From: Chrysochromulina tobinii
Lineage: Eukaryota
Direction of reading: 5' to 3'
DNA length: 32,934 nucleotides
NCBI GenBank assembly: GCA_001275005.1
Contig: JWZX01003076.1
Span: 1 to 32,934, forward strand
A model generated the notes under the pieces. The model did no database searches and had not been told where the DNA came from. It saw only the letters and a list, made by a program, of their open reading frames with translations. Shown here in pieces: positions 27,637 to 32,934 of this stretch. The position numbers and the translations under genes are program-made. Every line of letters begins with the position of its first letter. Within the stretch, counting starts at the first letter, position 1.

Positions 27637-27957
27637 GGAGGACAAGAACCGTCAACGGCGCACGCGTCCACCGCCAGGGCGGCAGCCGAGTGAAGATCAA
27701 AAACTCGTCCCATTCGGGTTGCCCGCTCGGCGGCCGAACGCAAGATTCCGAAGATGCGCGCGGGCGCAACGGCCGATAAGAGGGCGCAGGGACTTGCCAG
27801 CTGAGGCAAGCAAACAAGCAACTTACATTAGATCCCTTTTGCTGCTTGGTCCGCCGTCGGATCCTCGTGCCCGCATCGCACCTGTCTCGAGACCATCTAG
27901 GATCTCGCCCTGTCGTGTGGCTACATTACACGGGCGGACCAAACACGGACAGATATC

Positions 27958-29562
27958 TCAAAGCAGCGGCGTGCGGTGCCGTGATGAAACACTCGCGCAC
28001 ACCAAGTAGGCAACTGCGCTCATCACGCCCGCGATCGCAAAGCCCGCGACCAGGCCCAGCCGAAATGTTGTGCTCGACGCCCAGCCGGTCGCCGGGTCGA
28101 GCCCCTCGGGCGCTGTCTCGGGCGGTGGCATCTGGATGGCGGTCGGCTTGTGCTTGACGGGACGCGCGAACGCATCCCAGACGCCACGAGGACTCGACGA
28201 CGGGCCACATGCCGCCGCCTCGGCGTACGGACCGCTCGTCAGCTCGAAGAGCATCGCCCCAAGGGTCCACCCCACGTCAAAGCCCTCGAGCTCGCGCACG
28301 TAGGTCACCGCCGTCGAGTCGGCGGGGATGCCGTACGCGCCCAGCAAGGCGGGCACGTACGCTGAACCGAAGCAAAAGTCTGCAGCGTACTTCGAAGCTA
28401 CCTCATCCCAACGCCGGCCGCAAAAGGCGCGGCCCGCCGCCGCGAACTCGGCCCACGAGCCTTCCCATCGACCGTTCCAGCTGACCAACCCAATCCCGTT
28501 GGCCACATAGAAGAAGAAGTCGGACGCGAAGAAGCGGACACCCGTCGGGGTGGGTTGGTACACGCCGCTCAGGGCGCACGGTGGCAGCACGCACTCATAG
28601 TCCAGATGCAGCAAGCTGTCGACGAGTCGCCTACACTCATCCCAGTTCCCGAGACCGGTGAAGCGTACAGTGCGGCATGCGCCGGCGCCACCGCCACAGC
28701 CAACGCTCACCTCACGCTCGTAACCGCGATTCATGCAGGGGTTCGCGATGCGTGGCTCAGGCGCCATACTCGCCGGATAGAGCGACGAGTAATCCAGCGC
28801 TGGCACTGCAACGGCGAGCTGCTCGAATAACCTCCGCTGCGCCTCGTCCTTGCCCGCGCGCATGTAAGAGTGCGAGTAGACGCGCACGTCCGGCCTGGCC
28901 TCGTTGCGGTCGCGCACGTAGTACGAGTCCTGCAGGATGCCACCCACGTCGGGCGGCTCGAACGTGATTTGGGTCGAGGCGCCTCCAAGGTCCAGCCCTC
29001 CGAACAGTGCTGGCGCCGTGTCGCCCAAAATGTGGCGCAGCGCCATCCAGTTGAAGAGGCCTTCGTATTCGCCTGAGAGCGTGCGCGCGTCCTCGGCCGG
29101 CAAGAATGCGAAGCGAGTGTGGTTGAGCACCGAGGCACGCACGGAGTTCCATATTGGCCGTTGCCTGCTCGCCGAGAGCAGGCGCATGCCAGCAGTGGCG
29201 TAGATGCGCAACCGCGTGTGCGGCTGCGCCGCGAAGGGCACCTGCAAAGAAGCCGCCACGAGCAGCGGCGCCAGATAGCTGTCGATCGCCGCTGCTGAGC
29301 GATCGGCAAAGGCAGAGATCCCTGGCTCTATCTTCAGCTCCTCGGATTTGGACGACTCACTCAGGAGCTCGGGCAACCCTGTCGGCCATGAGTACACATG
29401 TGCACGAGTCCCACTTGAGCCCGCATCGATGATCACGCCATAGGAGGTATCAATCGCTGCCACATGCATCGCGAAGACGACACCCAGGAATCGCTCCCCT
29501 GAAACGCAACCCGCTGAAGTAAGATTACTTGTACGATACCCGGATGCCGTCAGCTCAGTCAT
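27958..29562 (-). CDS. GDA1/CD39 family nucleoside phosphatase (apyrase/NTPDase) with C-terminal TM
   Basis: All five apyrase conserved regions: IDAGSSGTR, ATAGMR, GEYEG, DLGGASTQ, GWTLG. Confidence 0.95.
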   Translation of the reverse strand: MTELTASGYRTSNLTSAGCVSGERFLGVVFAMHVAAIDTSYGVIIDAGSSGTRAHVYSWPTGLPELLSESSKSEELKIEPGISAFADRSAAAIDSYLAPLLVAASLQVPFAAQPHTRLRIYATAGMRLLSASRQRPIWNSVRASVLNHTRFAFLPAEDARTLSGEYEGLFNWMALRHILGDTAPALFGGLDLGGASTQITFEPPDVGGILQDSYYVRDRNEARPDVRVYSHSYMRAGKDEAQRRLFEQLAVAVPALDYSSLYPASMAPEPRIANPCMNRGYEREVSVGCGGGAGACRTVRFTGLGNWDECRRLVDSLLHLDYECVLPPCALSGVYQPTPTGVRFFASDFFFYVANGIGLVSWNGRWEGSWAEFAAAGRAFCGRRWDEVASKYAADFCFGSAYVPALLGAYGIPADSTAVTYVRELEGFDVGWTLGAMLFELTSGPYAEAAACGPSSSPRGVWDAFARPVKHKPTAIQMPPPETAPEGLDPATGWASSTTFRLGLVAGFAIAGVMSAVAYLVCASVSSRHRTPLL

Positions 29563-29699
29563 GCTCAGTCAAGCTCAGCAAGACAAAAAGCGTCAATGGT
29601 GAAAAGGTCAGTTCATGAATCGACACACGCGAGCGCGCACCGAACGGCCAACGAACACACGAGACACTGCCACGCAGCGGCGTCGTGCCGTGTGACGCC

Positions 29700-31290
29700 C
29701 AAAGTTACATGGCTGTGAACCCAACGTGAAGGTGCCAGGTCACATGGACGGTATCCAACTATCCATCATGGAACCAGACAGGGGGATGCGGAGAGCCCAG
29801 AGTATGGGGATCTCTCAGCCGTTTGGGGGGTATGGGACTTCCCGGGGAAAGCCTTATGTAGGCACCCTGTGGGAAACGGTATGCTGCTCTTGCGCGATCG
29901 GAGCCCGTCGTGGATCTTCACACGATTCCTTACGGCGGCCCATCGCGCGATTGATGCGCGTCAGCTTTACCGACATGGGAGAGATGTGTTGCTGCAGCCC
30001 GGGTGCTCGCGCGCCTTTGCTCATTGTCCTGTCCTTCGTTGCGATAAGGCCGACTGGTCGTGCAACGGCTGTGCGCCGGATCCAATCCATCCTTCGCGCA
30101 AACCTATTGCACTCGAAGGCACACGCGTTGCAAGCGCGCATGTGCCAGGAGGGTACGGCATCACTCTCTGCCCACTGTGTCGAGTACACCCGCCTTGTAG
30201 GCTACCTCGCGCTCACTCGGCATAGCTGGTGTCTGCTGTCTGGACATCGTGCTTCAGCCCAATGTACCATCCAGTGCGTGATCCCGCCTCCCAAGGATCG
30301 ACGCATGACAATGCCGGAAGCTCTCAAGCAAAATTGCTTCTCCTTCCTTCAGGTTCGCGCTACCTGCAAATCTTTACATGAACGAGGCCAAGCCGGTGAT
30401 GTCCTATGAGGAGCTCGGGGAGACGTTCCAGCGGGCGCTCGTAGATACGGCATCATCATCACAGACCCCGATGCTCTGAGTGATGCGCTGAGTGGCCTGG
30501 TGGACACCGCAATGCTGCAGAGTCCTCAAGCCATTCTCCGAGTTCATCGGAATCGTCTTTTCGCCACTCAAGACGTCCGACGGTGAGCTACGCGCCGATC
30601 CTGATTCCGGTGAGATCTTGGGCTAAATGCACGAGGTGTCCCTCATCAGAAGAGTGAAATCCGCACGGTGCTTGGGGACGACGCTGTTCCTAGACTGGCC
30701 GCTCCCAGGCAGGGAGAGCTGCCACTCTCCCTGTGCTGGGAGGAAACGCTGCACACCATCTTTTATAGATTGGGCATGGCCCAACGGCTGGGTTTGAAGC
30801 GTGTGCCGCTTACGACAGGAACCTCACTACAGAGGGCCGCGGCGCTGCGTTGCTATTAGGTTTCGAGCAGCTTAGCCTGCAAGCACCAATCTGGCTCAAA
30901 GCCATGCTCGCTCACGATCTTCTACAGATGCCCACCTTCACTTCCTATGTCAACTACGCTACTTCCAGCAAGGAGGCTAGGAAGCAAATCAGGGTGCGCA
31001 TCGAGGCGACTCGCGAGCTGATCGAGGTCACAGAGGCCTTTCAGACATCTACTCAGCAAGGCAGCGAAGATAGCTTGGGGCAAGGAGAAGACGAGGTACT
31101 TGGATCCAGTATGAATGCAAAGTTCTACAGATTCGTGCGTCGATCAAGGGCATTCAAAGTACCTGTACAAGTACATGCAGCAAGACTGCAAAGCCATGGT
31201 GAATCGCTTGCAGGGATGTACCATCCAGTGCTGTGATCCCGCCTCCCAAGGATCGACGCATGACAATGCCGGAAGCTCTCAAGCAAAATA
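29700..31290 (+). mobile_element. Decayed non-LTR (LINE, possibly L1/Tx1-like) retrotransposon relic; boundaries approximate
   Basis: Ordered fragments in shifting + frames: GTRQGDAESP (about 29773-29802), PGGYG (about 30144), GSRYLQ/LYMNEAKPVMSYEELGETF (about 30352-30428) and LCWEETLH (about 30731). Many stops and frameshifts. Confidence 0.5.
30262..31289 (+). repeat. Pair of ~74 bp direct repeats (30262-30334 and 31216-31289)
   Basis: ATGTACCATCCAGTGC(T)GTGATCCCGCCTCCCAAGGATCGACGCATGACAATGCCGGAAGCTCTCAAGCAAAAT; the copies differ by one indel. Confidence 0.95.
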
Positions 31291-31578
31291 GCCCTCCTCC
31301 ACATCAGAGTCGGAAAACCGCTCGAGAGCTGCGTGGCGGCGCGGCGCGCTCCCAACACGTCGAACAATTCTCGCCTGCTCCTCGAGCTCTGAAGTCGTGT
31401 TGATTTTACAAATCTGCTCTTGATCGTGAACAAGGGCTACGTGCTGGTTGTGGACTGGAGTCTTTCTCCCCCTCCCCCCCCTCTCCTCTCAAGTACCGGT
31501 ACAAGCTTTGCGTTACGAACATGACAACTTCTGCACACGTTTTGGCATCTTCAAGACGCGCGAACGCACAAATCTGAA

Positions 31579-32322
31579 ATGCGCACGGGCGTGTCTTCTT
31601 GCGAGCGACTCACCTCGTCCGGCCGGACCGCGTGGATAGGAGCTGGACGCTGGGTGGACGGGTACCCCTACGGCAGCGGCGCGCCGCGATCCTACGCGCG
31701 CAGTGCTCTGCCGCGCCCATTCGACGACTGGCGTTCTGGTTCTGAATCTTCTGCAAGCATGCTGAGTCGAACAAACACAGCCGGCGGGCACACCTGGGTC
31801 GGACCAGGAGGACTCGGTCTCACTTCCCAAGCAGTTCGTGGGGCCCAGCAGGACCTCGAGCCGCAAGACTCACGGACACCTCGTGCACAGGAGTCACAAC
31901 GCAGAGCATCCAGGGCTTCATGCAGCAGTACCACGAGCCGTTTTGGAGCTGCTGTAGCACGCGCTACCGATCCCCCAGGAGGTCTGGTGGTCTGGAGCCA
32001 CCCGAATGGCATCAGCTCTCTGCCAGCTGCACCTTCCACACCTCCGCAAACAGTCCGAGGCACACCATACGCAGTGCACAACGAGAGTAGTCGGGCCGTC
32101 TGGCGCGCCGACTGGTTCTGGAACAGCGCTGCGGGTCACCCGAACGAGCTGCAGCACCCGATTGAATCGTTTGTGGCCTCGAGGCAACGCAGCGGCCAAC
32201 CCGTTCCACAGCATGCGCCACCGCCAAGCATGCCACGCCTTGGCCACGACTGGGTTGTGGGACCCTGCAGGCGAGCAAGCTCTCCAGACATCCACATCGA
32301 TTCGGCCGCCCTGTTTGCCTGA
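31579..32322 (+). CDS. Hypothetical protein (247 aa)
   Basis: ATG-initiated ORF with promoter-like upstream sequence; no recognisable motif. Confidence 0.35.
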   Translation: MRTGVSSCERLTSSGRTAWIGAGRWVDGYPYGSGAPRSYARSALPRPFDDWRSGSESSASMLSRTNTAGGHTWVGPGGLGLTSQAVRGAQQDLEPQDSRTPRAQESQRRASRASCSSTTSRFGAAVARATDPPGGLVVWSHPNGISSLPAAPSTPPQTVRGTPYAVHNESSRAVWRADWFWNSAAGHPNELQHPIESFVASRQRSGQPVPQHAPPPSMPRLGHDWVVGPCRRASSPDIHIDSAALFA

Positions 32323-32526
32323 GATTCATGAAACATGAGAGTTCGTAGACATTTAAACAGTCGAACGCGAGAGAAACGGAGCATATGCCCCCACTGATGC
32401 CCTCTCTGCAATTGCCTCTCTGGCCGTTTCACGCGTCACGCATCGAATGCGTGTTCAATGGCATCTGTGCTTATCTGTGCCGGGGTCACGCGTCACACCG
32501 TGTTCGCGTTTTGCGCGTGTCGACGT

Positions 32527-32561
32527 TCAAGTCCCGTTCAAGTCAAGTCAAGTCTTGACTT
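32527..32561. repeat. (TCAAG)n microsatellite ending in an inversion
   Basis: TCAAGTCCCGTTCAAGTCAAGTCAAGTCTTGACTT; AAGTCAAG-T-CTTGACTT is an inverted repeat. Confidence 0.75.
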
Positions 32562-32934
32562 CCGTTCACAACCAAGGCGGTTTAGAAAAGTAACCAAGGA
32601 CACTGAACCGGCGTGCATGTAAACACGGTACTCAAGTGTTCGCACGCATTCGTGTAAGGTGTGTGTATCGTATGAGCGTCTGTCGTGTTGCGAAAGGGTC
32701 AGTTGAATCGACACACAAGGTACCGACCAGCCACTACCACACGAAACACAGACTGGAGCTGCGGTCGCGTCGCCCGGTGGACTAACACACCGGCGAGGAT
32801 TTTCAAGGATCCGGACCCACCCCCCGACCCAGCCACGCTACATCATGCTACATCTATCGGCCCCATGCCGGTAGTTCACATGACTGGCCCCCCGTGCCCA
32901 CGAGCAGGTACGACCTGTCCCCCGTGCCCGACCC

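Noticed and set aside
5130..29562. GT61, NTPDase and CUB genes as a glycosylation cluster
   Set aside because: Far apart and interleaved with unrelated genes; no evidence of linkage
29726..30409. 227 aa ORF as a real gene
   Set aside because: No coherent motif; the informative fragments lie mostly in other frames and fit a decayed retroelement

Overview
GC-rich eukaryotic genomic DNA with compact genes and short spliceosomal introns. The style suggests a haptophyte-like alga, which is an inference. No rRNA, tRNA or CRISPR array was seen. Genes in order: (1) a three-repeat MYB factor with 2 introns; (2) a HET/TIR-like domain + LRR protein with 2 unusual introns; (3) a GT61 glycosyltransferase; (4) a very large MORC-family GHKL ATPase locus (7107-14047) carrying Tudor-like, AP2, XRE-type HTH and winged-helix-like domains, split by a stop and a homopolymer frameshift; (5) a PhyH-like 2OG-Fe(II) dioxygenase; (6-7) a divergent pair of a membrane-anchored RING protein and an orphan repeat/C2H2 protein; (8) a secreted CUB/Cys-rich protein; (9) a small, probably plastid-targeted protein; (10) an aldo-keto reductase-Rid fusion; (11) a GDA1/CD39 NTPDase. 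These are followed by a decayed LINE-like relic containing a ~74 bp direct repeat and one uncertain ORF. The most notable items are the multi-reader MORC architecture, the HET-LRR candidate immune receptor, an intron bounded by a 17 bp direct repeat, and a probable GA-AG intron. All domain calls come from motifs read by eye; no database search was run.
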